Below the pieces are notes generated by a model, which was given only the letters and a program-made list of their open reading frames with translations, was not told the DNA's origin and did no database searches. Positions 1 through 9,507 of a stretch of 64,000 nt of DNA are shown piece after piece. Each line of letters starts with the position of its first letter. Within the stretch, counting starts at the first letter, position 1. The translations under genes and the position numbers were made by a program. Origin of the DNA: Verrucomicrobiia bacterium (lineage in GTDB: Bacteria > Verrucomicrobiota > Verrucomicrobiia > Limisphaerales > Palsa-1400). The stretch spans positions 7,995-71,994 of the forward strand of contig DATAXU010000188.1 of assembly GCA_036272955.1 (NCBI GenBank). The letters are read 5' to 3'.

Positions 1-1604
1 GTTCCAATCCCCGAAAACCGGATCGCCGGATTGCGGCATTTCGGTTCCGGACAAACCGCCGGGGCCTTCGCCTCGTAATTGCAAATGTGACACCGCAACT
101 GACCGGCCTGCCGATGATACGTCAGCGCCAGGCTGCAATTCGGGCACTGCGCCACGTAGCCGCACAAAGGGCATTGCAACGCCGTCGCAAACCCGCGTCG
201 ATTCAAAAACAAAAGCGTTTGTTCCTTCCGGTCCAGCCGCTTGAGGATCGCCTCCTTCAGCTCCTGCGAAAAAATCGGCGCCGCTTTTTCCCGCCGCGCC
301 GCCATCCGCATATCGACAATTCGGACGACCGGCATTTTCTTGTCATCCGCCCGCTGTGGCATTTCCAGCAGCCGGTATTTGCCTTTCTTAACGTTGAAAA
401 AGCTTTCCATCGAAGGCGTCGCCGAGCCTAGCACCACCACCGCGCCTTCCATTTGCCCGCGCACCACGGCCACGTCGCGCGCATGGTAGCGCGGCGCCTC
501 TTCCTGTTTGTAGGAATACTCGTGCTCCTCATCCACAATGATCAACCCAAGCGGGTCCACCGGCGCGAAGATCGCCGAACGCGCCCCAATGACAATTCGA
601 GCCCGCCCCTGGCGGATTTTGTGCCACTCATCGTGCCGTTCCCCCGTCGATAAATGACTGTGCAAAACCGCGACCAGCGTTTGCAGCGGCCCGCTGCTGA
701 ACCGCGCCTTGAAACGCTCCACCGTTTGCGGCGTCAGCGAAATCTCCGGCACCAAAACAATCGCTCCCTTCCCGTTCTGCAACGCCCGCGCAATCGCTTG
801 CAGATAAACTTCCGTCTTCCCGCTCCCAGTCACTCCGTGAAGAAGAAAAACCGCGCTCGCCGGTTTGTTTTCCGACCCCGATTCAGCGCCCACGATTTCA
901 TCCACCGCATGTTTTTGCGCATCGTTCAAAGTCAGCGCCTGCGTCGGCAAAATCGTCTCACGCGCATAAGGATCGCGCTCCGAGATTTGCGGGGCGACAT
1001 GGAGCAGCCCCTTGTCTTCGAGCTTTCGCAACGTTCCCGCCGTGGAATTGGTTTGCAGCAAAAACGCCCGCAACGGCGCTTCCTTCTGCGTGCGCAGCGC
1101 CGCCAGGATTTCCGCCTGACGCCGCGTCAACTTCGGTTCCACCGCATCCGCGGGCAAGGGCAGGGCGCGCACAAAAAGCTGCTCGCGCCACCCCTCCTTC
1201 TCCCGGCGCACCGCCTCCGGCAAAACCGTCTTGAGCGCAATTTCCGCCGGGCAGCAATAATAATCCCCCATCCACCTCGCCAACTCCAAAATCTTTGGTG
1301 TGACAAGCGATTGCCGTCCGATCTTTTTAAGAATGGGCCGAAGCCCTTCATGCGGCGAAGACTCCACCAGCGCCGTCACACATCCGAGCACCTGTCGATT
1401 CGCAAAAGGCACTTTGACACGCGTGCCCACTTCGATTTCCCCATCCAGTTCAGACGGGATCAGATAATCGAACTCCTTTCCAAGTGCTATTTCCAGCGTC
1501 ACGCGCGCAATCACGCCCGTAGCAAAATGCAAAGACGCCCCGGAAAAAAGGGAAAAATCGGAAATAAAATCAGCCGAACTCTCGGCAGCTTCAAGAATGT
1601 TCAT
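1..1604 (-). CDS. priA: Primosomal protein N' (PriA helicase), 3' end truncated by window start
   Basis: Minus-strand frame is open from ATG at 1604 to position 1 (absent from the ORF track because it is partial). My translation shows Walker A HGVTGSGKTEVY, the DEEH box (IIVDEEHEYSYKQEE) and the Cys-rich zinc-binding region (CPLCGY..CPNC..CHIC). Plus-strand Arg-rich ORFs here are shadows. Confidence 0.85.
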   Translation of the reverse strand, partial: MNILEAAESSADFISDFSLFSGASLHFATGVIARVTLEIALGKEFDYLIPSELDGEIEVGTRVKVPFANRQVLGCVTALVESSPHEGLRPILKKIGRQSLVTPKILELARWMGDYYCCPAEIALKTVLPEAVRREKEGWREQLFVRALPLPADAVEPKLTRRQAEILAALRTQKEAPLRAFLLQTNSTAGTLRKLEDKGLLHVAPQISERDPYARETILPTQALTLNDAQKHAVDEIVGAESGSENKPASAVFLLHGVTGSGKTEVYLQAIARALQNGKGAIVLVPEISLTPQTVERFKARFSSGPLQTLVAVLHSHLSTGERHDEWHKIRQGRARIVIGARSAIFAPVDPLGLIIVDEEHEYSYKQEEAPRYHARDVAVVRGQMEGAVVVLGSATPSMESFFNVKKGKYRLLEMPQRADDKKMPVVRIVDMRMAARREKAAPIFSQELKEAILKRLDRKEQTLLFLNRRGFATALQCPLCGYVAQCPNCSLALTYHRQAGQLRCHICNYEAKAPAVCPEPKCRNPAIRFSGIG

Positions 1605-1725
1605 TTTTCGCGCTCTTCGTGGTGAGCTTTCCGGATCGCCTGGAAGTACTGTTTCGAATCTAACACTGGGTGCGCTAACTCAGCCTGAGCGCCTTCTAGT
1701 CCGGAGCTATCTCATTAGTTGGCCG

Positions 1726-2166
1726 TTATAAACTTCTCGCAAAGCTGCTAACAAGGGCCAAAACCGCTCCAAAGACGAGCCAGACAATCATCAACTCGCG
1801 AATATGGCCGGATAACAAAAGCGCGCCCGACCACGCAATGATCAATTGAAACGCCAGAAGTAACGAGACATCGTAGTAACTCCAATCTTCAAGATGGCTG
1901 CATTTGTAAATGATCGCCACCACGAGAGCCGGGATAAACAACGCCCGTCCAGCCCCTGGAGCGTAGGCTAACACTGCCCATACACTTCCCCCTTCGACCA
2001 AAGACGCAATAGCTGCTATCACCGCTTCCTGCCCAGTGCTGCGCAACGTAAGATCGTTCGCTATCAAAGTACAGTAAATGTTCGTGAGTAATAAGGCTAT
2101 AAGTAGCGTCGCGAAGCCGATGCCCCAAAAAAGAAAAAAGGTGCATCGCCGTGTGCATGTTTTCAT
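1726..2166 (-). CDS. Hypothetical integral membrane protein (about 4 TM segments)
   Basis: 146-aa ORF with several long hydrophobic stretches. No recognisable family. Confidence 0.45.
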   Translation of the reverse strand: MKTCTRRCTFFLFWGIGFATLLIALLLTNIYCTLIANDLTLRSTGQEAVIAAIASLVEGGSVWAVLAYAPGAGRALFIPALVVAIIYKCSHLEDWSYYDVSLLLAFQLIIAWSGALLLSGHIRELMIVWLVFGAVLALVSSFARSL

Positions 2167-2271
2167 ATTACAGCGGGCCGCCCATTATTCAATCAGGGCC
2201 TTCGTCGGCGATTTTGCTTGCATTCACAGTCAAATACCGTCAGAAATGCGCCCGCCAAATCTTTAATCCAA

Positions 2272-4095
2272 ATGACAAAAGCAGTATTCGGAATTCTTTG
2301 CATTACAATATCCCTCATAAAACAGGCCGATGCTCAAAGTTTTTTGACCAACGGCCTGGTGGCATATTATCCCTTCAACAACGGCAGTCTGGCGGATCTG
2401 AGCGGCCAGGGCCATGTCCTTTCCAATTTTGGCGCAACCGTTTGTCCGGACCGGTTCGGTGATGCGGAGCAGGCGCTCAATTTCAATGGAAGCGCTTATC
2501 TTGCCGCGACAAACTCGCCTTTAAGCACGATCGACAACTGGACTCTGACTGCCTGGGTGCAGCCCACGAACTTTAACCCGGGAGAAGAGTATGTCATGTG
2601 CATGGGCTTTGATAATGGCAATAGCGGCAATGGATACGCCTTTGGCGTTGAAGGAGGCCAGTTAGCCGGTTGGTTTGGCGGCGTAAATGGTTTTTACGCA
2701 AATTACACCTTTCCGGCCACAAACCAGTGGCATCAGGTTGTGATGAGCCGCGATTCCGGCACAACCGCGTTTTATGTGGACGGAGTTTCGACGGGCACCA
2801 CCAGTACACTGGTCCCGTTAGCACCAACCGCCTTTTCTATTGGCTCTGCCAGCAGCATTCGATTTTTTACCGGAGCCATTGACGACGTCCGTGTTTACAA
2901 CCGGCCTCTTTCGGTTTCAGAGATTCGTGAACTTTACCAATACGAATCGCTGCCCAACCTGTCTTATCAGGCAACCGGGGTTGCACAGTTGACCAGCACT
3001 TTTGTGACTGCTGTGGTCGTCACCTATGGCGGGTTTGGCTACACGAACGTCCCTGACGTCACGCTCAGTGGCGGCGGCGGCTCCGGCGCCGAGGCTGTGG
3101 CGGTCGTTAACGATGGCATAGTCACGGCAGTCAACGTTGTGGACGCGGGTCACAGTTACACAAACCCGCCGCAGGTCGTCATCGCCGCCCCTTTGTATCC
3201 TTATCCGGCAAGCGCCATTGCTGTCCTGACCAACGGGTTTGTGACCGGCGTCGCTATTGTATTTGGCGGCAATCGTTATACAAACCCCCCTGCTGTGAAA
3301 ATCGTCGGCGGTGGCGGCAGCGGCGCGGAAGCCGTTGCGGTGGTCAGCAACGGCGTGGTTACGGCAATCGACATGTTGGACGCGGGTTCTGGCTACACCA
3401 ATACGCCCATGATCTTTATCGATCCGCCTTTTATTCCCAATCCCATATTGAGCGTCGCCCGCATTCCAACCCTTACCTTTTCCAACCTCGTTGTTGGCGA
3501 CAACTATCAGTTGCAGGAGTTGACCGAGGGTTATTATTGGACGAACCAACCGCTGAACTTCACAGCCACGGCCTCCGTCTTTACCCTGCCCATCCCGGGA
3601 TCCGTGACCGCTGGAAATTACAGATTGACTCTCAATCCAGTTCCGGCCCAGGCATTCGCCGAGCCGGACGTCGTTTATAGCTTCCTGGTTGACGCCACCG
3701 TCACGTCCGGAGGTTCCGGCTACGTCACTAACCCTGCCGTCAACATTGTCGGTGGCAACGGCGAGGGCGCGACTGCCATTGCCCACGTGTCCGGCGGTGC
3801 CGTGACGAACATCACCATCACCGACGCCGGAATTGGCTACACCAATACGGTCCAGATTGAAATCGCCCCACCGCCCGCCACCTCATTCTCGCCAACCGTC
3901 CAGGAGGTAATGCAGATCAACTCCACCGATCTCGCCCCCTACGACAATTATCAGGTTCAGTCCGCCCCGAGTCTTGGCGGCCCCTGGTCGAACTGGAGCG
4001 GAGGACCGTTCATTCCTACCTACGTGACAAACGCCCAATACCTCGCCGTTCCGAACGACACTATGTTTTTCCGTGTTCAGTATTTGCACCCCTGA
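2272..4095 (+). CDS. Secreted LamG (concanavalin A-like lectin) domain protein with six ~33-aa GxGYTxxP repeats
   Basis: ORF 2218..4095. The likely start is Met19 (MTKAVFGILCITISLIKQADAQ signal peptide). LamG signature: LVAYYPFNNGS..WTLTAWVQP..FYVDGV..IDDVRVYNRPLSxSEI. The C-terminal module ends in FFRV. Confidence 0.75.
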   Translation: MTKAVFGILCITISLIKQADAQSFLTNGLVAYYPFNNGSLADLSGQGHVLSNFGATVCPDRFGDAEQALNFNGSAYLAATNSPLSTIDNWTLTAWVQPTNFNPGEEYVMCMGFDNGNSGNGYAFGVEGGQLAGWFGGVNGFYANYTFPATNQWHQVVMSRDSGTTAFYVDGVSTGTTSTLVPLAPTAFSIGSASSIRFFTGAIDDVRVYNRPLSVSEIRELYQYESLPNLSYQATGVAQLTSTFVTAVVVTYGGFGYTNVPDVTLSGGGGSGAEAVAVVNDGIVTAVNVVDAGHSYTNPPQVVIAAPLYPYPASAIAVLTNGFVTGVAIVFGGNRYTNPPAVKIVGGGGSGAEAVAVVSNGVVTAIDMLDAGSGYTNTPMIFIDPPFIPNPILSVARIPTLTFSNLVVGDNYQLQELTEGYYWTNQPLNFTATASVFTLPIPGSVTAGNYRLTLNPVPAQAFAEPDVVYSFLVDATVTSGGSGYVTNPAVNIVGGNGEGATAIAHVSGGAVTNITITDAGIGYTNTVQIEIAPPPATSFSPTVQEVMQINSTDLAPYDNYQVQSAPSLGGPWSNWSGGPFIPTYVTNAQYLAVPNDTMFFRVQYLHP

Positions 4096-4221
4096 TACGG
4101 CTGGTGGTTTTTAATTTAGCTGTGTCAAGTTTTCTGTCCCTCTTCTTCGTGAACTTCGCGTCCTTCGTGGTAAATTCATCAGTTTGCCCTGCCATTTCAG
4201 AAAGTATTTTTGGCAATCGCT

Positions 4222-5637
4222 CTAACTCAATAGCTGTGGTCGCTCAGCGTGGACTTTGAGGATCAATTCCCCAAAAATCGTATTCGCCCACGCGAACCAG
4301 GCACGCGTGAATTTTGACGGGTTATCCTCGTTAAACGACTCATGCATGAACCCGGTGCCCGCGTGTGTCCTCCGCAGTGTATCAAGGCACCGCGCAATTT
4401 CGTCGTCGCTCGTGCTCGTCAGGCCCTGGACGATAAGACCGAGCGGCCAGATCATCCCCATCCCCGCGTGCGGCCCGCCTGGCCCGCTGGCCGCCTTTCC
4501 CTCGCAGTAATAGGGATTGCTGCCCGACAAAATAAAACGGCGCGTGGCGTCATAAGTGGCGTCGTTGGGCGCTGTGGCCCCCAGATACGGCAACGAAAGA
4601 AGGCTCGGGACATTCCCGTCGTCAATGCAATAGGAATTGCCATAAGCATCCACCTCGTAAGCGTAAATCCGTCCCGATTGCGCATGGTCCACCGTCGCGT
4701 ATTGACCCAATGCCTGCTCAACCTCATCAGCCAGCGCGCGGCAATCCGCCGCTGTTTTCGAATCGTGCAGAATCTCTTCCAGCATCTCCCCCGCCTGCCG
4801 CAGACTGGTCACCGCGAAAAAATTAGACGGGATCAAATAAGGAAACACCGTCGCGTCATCGCTGGGTCGGAACATGGAACAGATCAGCCCCACGGGCTTG
4901 GCCGGCCTCCCATAACCCCTGCCGGGAAGAGTGTCCGTCGCCACCTCCGTGCGCCGCTGAAAACGATACGGCCCTTTGCTGGTCTTCCGTTGCTGCTCGC
5001 GAAAAGTTTGAACAATGCGCTGAATCGCATCGCCCCATTTCGGAGTAAACGGCCCCGTGTCCTGCGTCTGCTTCCAATACCCATGTGCCAGGCGCATCGG
5101 GTAACAAAGCGAATCCACCTCCCACTTGCGTTCGTGAACCCCCGGTTTCATCTCCGTCCGATCGCTGTCCCACTGGCTCTTTTTATGTTCGTCTTTGTAA
5201 AACGCGTTCGCGTAAGGGTCCAAAAGAATGCACCGCGTCTGCCGGTTAATCACCCCCGCGATCAACTGCTGCAAGCGCGGATCAAGTCGCATCAGAGGAA
5301 GGTAGGGCCAAACCTGGGCCGAACTATCGCGCAGCCACATCGCGTCAATATCGCCCGTGATGACGTAAGTGTCAGGCTCTCCATTTACCACCTCGAAATC
5401 CACCGTGGTATCCAGCGTATTCGGAAAACAATTGCCGAACATCCACGCCAGCTCCTTATTGCCGATCGACGATTGGATGCGCTGGATCGTCTTCTCGACA
5501 GCCGCGCTGGTAAATTTCCTCTTGGCCTCCGGCGTGCGCACGATTGGAAACGTCGTTTCCTGCGCCGTGCCAAGCGAGCTAAAAAGCACCCCCGTTGCGG
5601 CGAGAGATGTTCGTCGAATAAATCCTCTTCGGTTCAT
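4222..5637 (-). CDS. Glycoside hydrolase family 125 (DUF1237, exo-alpha-1,6-mannosidase-like), Tat signal
   Basis: ITGDIDAMWLRDSSAQVWPYLPL is the GH125 hallmark motif. The N-terminus MNRRGFIRRTSLAATGVLF is twin-arginine-like. The ORF track start at 5703 is probably over-extended. Confidence 0.8.
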   Translation of the reverse strand: MNRRGFIRRTSLAATGVLFSSLGTAQETTFPIVRTPEAKRKFTSAAVEKTIQRIQSSIGNKELAWMFGNCFPNTLDTTVDFEVVNGEPDTYVITGDIDAMWLRDSSAQVWPYLPLMRLDPRLQQLIAGVINRQTRCILLDPYANAFYKDEHKKSQWDSDRTEMKPGVHERKWEVDSLCYPMRLAHGYWKQTQDTGPFTPKWGDAIQRIVQTFREQQRKTSKGPYRFQRRTEVATDTLPGRGYGRPAKPVGLICSMFRPSDDATVFPYLIPSNFFAVTSLRQAGEMLEEILHDSKTAADCRALADEVEQALGQYATVDHAQSGRIYAYEVDAYGNSYCIDDGNVPSLLSLPYLGATAPNDATYDATRRFILSGSNPYYCEGKAASGPGGPHAGMGMIWPLGLIVQGLTSTSDDEIARCLDTLRRTHAGTGFMHESFNEDNPSKFTRAWFAWANTIFGELILKVHAERPQLLS

Positions 5638-5712
5638 ATATCCTTTGTAAGGAAAACAGGAAATCCGAACCGATGCCTCATGTCGAGCGCGATTTTCTTC
5701 CAACCAATATCG

Positions 5713-6273
5713 TTAAAGTAAGAGTTTACGCGCGGCGGCATCCGCAATCCGCCATTGCCCGGCGCCTAGGTCACCCAAGTCGTAAGTACCTATCCGCACA
5801 CGAATTAGCCGCAACGTGGGAAAACCTATCGCCGCCGTCATGCGGCGCACCTGCCGATTTTTCCCCTCCGTCAACTCCATCGAAATCCAGCAATCCGGCA
5901 CCGATTTGCGAAAACGAATCGGAGGATCGCGCGGAGGCGCCTTCGGCTGCGGTTCCAGGACCCACGCCCGGCACGGCAAAGTTTTGCGCCCTTGAACAAC
6001 GATCCCCCCCGCCAACTTCTCCAATTCGTCCACCCTTGGAATTCCCTCCACCTGCACCCAATAACGTCGCGTGTGCCCCTGTCGCGGATGCAGCAGGCGG
6101 GCGTTCAATTCCGTCTCATCACTCAGCAACAGAAGACCTTCCGAATCCGCGTCCAGCCGCCCAATCGGATAGACCCGCGCCGGAAACCCAAACTCCGCCA
6201 GCGTCCGATTCTTCGACCCATCCCCCGTAAATTGCGACAGCACCCCAAACGGCTTATGAAAAACAAGGAGCAT
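5713..6273 (-). CDS. rluE: 23S rRNA pseudouridine synthase, RluE-like (RsuA family)
   Basis: Colinear with E. coli RluE as I recall it: FHKPFGVLSQFT, GRLDADSEGLLLLSDE, YWVQVEGIP, EGKNRQVRRMTAAIGFPTLRLIR. Confidence 0.8.
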   Translation of the reverse strand: MLLVFHKPFGVLSQFTGDGSKNRTLAEFGFPARVYPIGRLDADSEGLLLLSDETELNARLLHPRQGHTRRYWVQVEGIPRVDELEKLAGGIVVQGRKTLPCRAWVLEPQPKAPPRDPPIRFRKSVPDCWISMELTEGKNRQVRRMTAAIGFPTLRLIRVRIGTYDLGDLGAGQWRIADAAARKLLL

Positions 6274-6355
6274 TGCGCGCTTTTTTGTGAATTTTCACGA
6301 AATTTTGGACATATTGCCGATTTTATGCGTATTTATGCGTATTTATCACTTCCAA

Positions 6356-9300
6356 CTACTCAGCTGGCGCTCCCAACAAACAAAGCTTGTTCGTGTCCGT
6401 TTCGACCGCCAGCTTCCGCCCATCCGGCGAAAACCGCACCCACAAGCCCGCCTGCGGTTCATTCAAGGAAATCACCTCCCGCAAGGTCGGCAAATGCCAG
6501 AGCTTCACCGACTCATTCCGGCAGATCGACGCCAGCGTCTTCCCATCCGGCGAAATATCGACACCCGTCGTCTCCTGCATATGCCCCGCCAGCGCGCCGA
6601 TCGTTTCCCCGCTCCTCGTATCCCACAACCGGATCGTCCCATCCATGCTCCCCGTCGCCAAAACCAACCCATCCGGCGAAAACGAGAGCCCGCTGATGAA
6701 ATCCCGATGCCCCGTCAGCTTCCGTTCCACCCCCGTCGCACAATCGTAAAGCAGCGCCACATTTTCCCGGCTGACCGACACCGCAATTTGTTTTGTGTGC
6801 GCCGACAGCACCGCATTGCGGATCGGTGGAACAGGCCCGTGAATGGCATTCAACAGCCGCCCGCTGTCCGCGTCCCAAATCCGAATCAACCCCGTCGAAT
6901 CAATCGCAAAAAAACTTTCCTGTCCCGGCGACATCCCGGAAATCGCCAACTCCTGTCCCGCCGTCAGTCCTTCCAGCTTCACTTCCCGGTATGGGTAAAC
7001 TCCCGTCGGCAGCCAGAGTTTCAGGGTCGAGTTGTCGCTATCCAGCGACGCAACGTATTTGGAATCCGGCGAAAACCCGACCACGTTGCACCCGCCCGCA
7101 AAATCGTCAGTGACAACCGTTCCGTCATTCGCGTTGTACAACATCGGCTTGTCCGTATCAGGCTTCACCGTGACGATCCATTTTCCGTCCGGCGAAAAAA
7201 TCGGTCGAAAATCCATGTCGTGCAGCAACTCATTCTCCCTCGGTGGCGCTCCCACGGCCCACAGCAGGACGTTTTGGTCCTTACCGCCTGTTGCAAGCAA
7301 CTTTCCGTCAGGGCTGAAAGCAGCGCACCACACTTCGCTCCCGTGCCCGCGCAAAGTAGATTTCTGTTTCAGCGTCCGCGCGTCCCACAGCCGCACCGTT
7401 TGATCCGAACTCGTCGTCGCGATTGTCGCCCCATCATCGGAAAACACCGCCGACCAAACGTGAAGCTGATGGCCGGTAATAACTTGCAAAGCCCCATCCC
7501 CATCCGTCCTCCAAACATCAACGCCGCTCGACCATCCCGTCGAAAGAAGTTCCCGGCCATCCGGCGAAAAATTCATGGACCACACCGGGCTTTTCGTCGG
7601 CCATTCATGCAAGAGCTTTCCCGTCGTCGTGTCCCAAACAGCGATCCCCGTCTTCGCGCCGGCAATCGCCAATAGTCCTCCGTCCGATGTCAATGCAATC
7701 GCCCGTCCCGGTTGTTCAAATCGGCGAAGCAACTCTCCCGTGCGCCAATTCCACAGCCTCACCGTCCCCGCCGCTTCCCAATAAAACGGACTCGATGCCG
7801 CCGTCGCCAACAAAGTTCCAGTTTTCGAAATTGCCGCCATTTCCCCCGGAAAATTTGTCCGTGCCTGCCATGAACCCGTGTCCCAGAATTGAATTTTTTC
7901 ATTGCACCCCGTCATCAACTCTTTCCCATCCGGCGTAAATGCCAGCGACCAGACAGCCGTGCGAGTGACATTGAGAACGGCAGCGGAAGTGTGTTTCCTG
8001 ACATCCCAAATCCGCGCGGTGCCGTCGTGCCCGCCGGTCGCCAGCAGGCTTCCATCCGGCGAAAACGCGGCGCAGGTCACCGTCCCGTCATGTCCCGTCA
8101 AAGTCGCCAATTGGTTGCCCCGGCACAGATTCCAAAGGTAGTTCCACTCGAATCCGCGCAAATCCGTTTCCCCATGTTTTGGTCGCAATCCATCCAGCGT
8201 GCGCTGCGCCCGCCCGAAGTTGCCGGCCTGAATGGCTTGAGAAGCGACGGCTATGTCCGCCGCGTAGAGATTCAGTCGCGTTTCAGCGGCGTCTTTCTCG
8301 GCGATCACGCGCTGTTTCAATTCCCCCTGGGCATGGAACTCCGCCTGGCGCCATTGCCACACGATCCCCCACACGCCCGCGACCACCGCCGCCACCAATG
8401 CCCCCGTCATCGCCGCGATTACCGGACGCCGCCGGCACCAAAGCCACGCCCTTTCCAGCAACGCTACCGGACGCGCTCGGATCGGTTTGTTCTCCAGGAA
8501 AAATCCCAAGTCATCCGCCAATGCCTGGGCCGATCCGTAACGGCGCGCCGGGTCCTTTTGCAGACATTTCAAGCAAATGGTTTGCAAGTCCGGCGGAATG
8601 CCGGGGTTTAACCGCCGTGGCGGCACTGGCTCAGCCCCCTCCACCTGCGCCAGTATCGAATGCAGATTCTCCCCCTGAAACGGCGGCCGTCCCGTCAGCA
8701 ATTCATACAGAATCGCCCCCAGCGAATAAACATCCGACGCCGGCCCGCTTTGCGAAAATTTCCCCGCCGCCTGTTCCGGCGGCATATAATTCGGCGAGCC
8801 AAGGACCTGTCCCGGCACCGTCAATTCCCCCGCGCCGCTGACAAGTTTCGCCAGCCCAAAATCCGTCACGCGCGGCTGGTCAAATATATCGAGCAAAATA
8901 TTCGACGGCTTCAAATCCCGGTGCAACACCCCGCGCTGATGCGCGTGCTCCACGGCTTCGGCGATTGTTTTCAGGTAGGTCGCCGCCCGCCGCGCCGGCA
9001 ATGGTTGTTTGCGCGCCAATCCCGCAAAACTCCTCCCCTCCACAAATTCCAGCGATAGAAAATGATTCCCCCCCTGTTCGCCGATCTCGTAAATGGCCAC
9101 GATATTCGGATGCCGCAACGACGCCACCGCTTGTGCTTCCTGTCGAAAACGCCGGACAAAATCCGTGCTGGAAAATGGCCCGTGCAGGACCACTTTCAAC
9201 GCCACGATCCGGTTCAGGCTCAATTGCCTGGCGCGATACACCACCCCCATTCCGCCCCGCGCAATTTCTTCCATCAATTCATAATCCCCCAGCCGCAGCA

Positions 9301-9439
9301 ACCCGCTCCCTTTGGGATCGTCGGACTCAGGAAGAAACCCCAGCCGCCCAAGGCATTTCAGGCACAGGTCCTCCTCCGCGTCGTCGGGTATTTCCGAGCC
9401 GCAAGTCGGGCATTTTCTGGTTGTGCTCATCAAGAACAA
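6356..9439 (-). CDS. Ser/Thr protein kinase with N-terminal zinc ribbon, one TM segment and a WD40 beta-propeller C-terminal region
   Basis: CPTCGSE..CLKC. Hanks kinase motifs: GGMGVVYRA, HRDLKPSNILL, DFGLAK, SDVYSLGAILYELLTGRPPF. Then a hydrophobic segment and many WD40 units (GHDGTV..FSPDG..LATGG.DGT.R.WD). Confidence 0.9.
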   Translation of the reverse strand: MFLMSTTRKCPTCGSEIPDDAEEDLCLKCLGRLGFLPESDDPKGSGLLRLGDYELMEEIARGGMGVVYRARQLSLNRIVALKVVLHGPFSSTDFVRRFRQEAQAVASLRHPNIVAIYEIGEQGGNHFLSLEFVEGRSFAGLARKQPLPARRAATYLKTIAEAVEHAHQRGVLHRDLKPSNILLDIFDQPRVTDFGLAKLVSGAGELTVPGQVLGSPNYMPPEQAAGKFSQSGPASDVYSLGAILYELLTGRPPFQGENLHSILAQVEGAEPVPPRRLNPGIPPDLQTICLKCLQKDPARRYGSAQALADDLGFFLENKPIRARPVALLERAWLWCRRRPVIAAMTGALVAAVVAGVWGIVWQWRQAEFHAQGELKQRVIAEKDAAETRLNLYAADIAVASQAIQAGNFGRAQRTLDGLRPKHGETDLRGFEWNYLWNLCRGNQLATLTGHDGTVTCAAFSPDGSLLATGGHDGTARIWDVRKHTSAAVLNVTRTAVWSLAFTPDGKELMTGCNEKIQFWDTGSWQARTNFPGEMAAISKTGTLLATAASSPFYWEAAGTVRLWNWRTGELLRRFEQPGRAIALTSDGGLLAIAGAKTGIAVWDTTTGKLLHEWPTKSPVWSMNFSPDGRELLSTGWSSGVDVWRTDGDGALQVITGHQLHVWSAVFSDDGATIATTSSDQTVRLWDARTLKQKSTLRGHGSEVWCAAFSPDGKLLATGGKDQNVLLWAVGAPPRENELLHDMDFRPIFSPDGKWIVTVKPDTDKPMLYNANDGTVVTDDFAGGCNVVGFSPDSKYVASLDSDNSTLKLWLPTGVYPYREVKLEGLTAGQELAISGMSPGQESFFAIDSTGLIRIWDADSGRLLNAIHGPVPPIRNAVLSAHTKQIAVSVSRENVALLYDCATGVERKLTGHRDFISGLSFSPDGLVLATGSMDGTIRLWDTRSGETIGALAGHMQETTGVDISPDGKTLASICRNESVKLWHLPTLREVISLNEPQAGLWVRFSPDGRKLAVETDTNKLCLLGAPAE

Positions 9440-9507
9440 TCTGGGTCCCCACTATTTAAGAAGTAAAAAATACCCAAAATTACAGGAAGAATTGCGCCAC
9501 ACCGCCG

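Noticed and set aside
87-1625. Long plus-strand ORFs (114-323 aa) rich in Arg/Pro/Gln
   Set aside because: Their composition is typical of antisense shadows in high-GC DNA. The minus strand encodes a textbook PriA (Walker A, DEEH, Zn-finger Cys) across the whole interval.
6287-9466. Many plus-strand ORFs (up to 462 aa) opposite the WD40 kinase gene
   Set aside because: They are low-complexity Arg/Pro-rich translations with no motifs. The minus-strand kinase/WD40 reading is unambiguous. The same reasoning applies to antisense ORFs over the RND, giant-protein, araA and transglutaminase genes, and to ORF 26784..27446.
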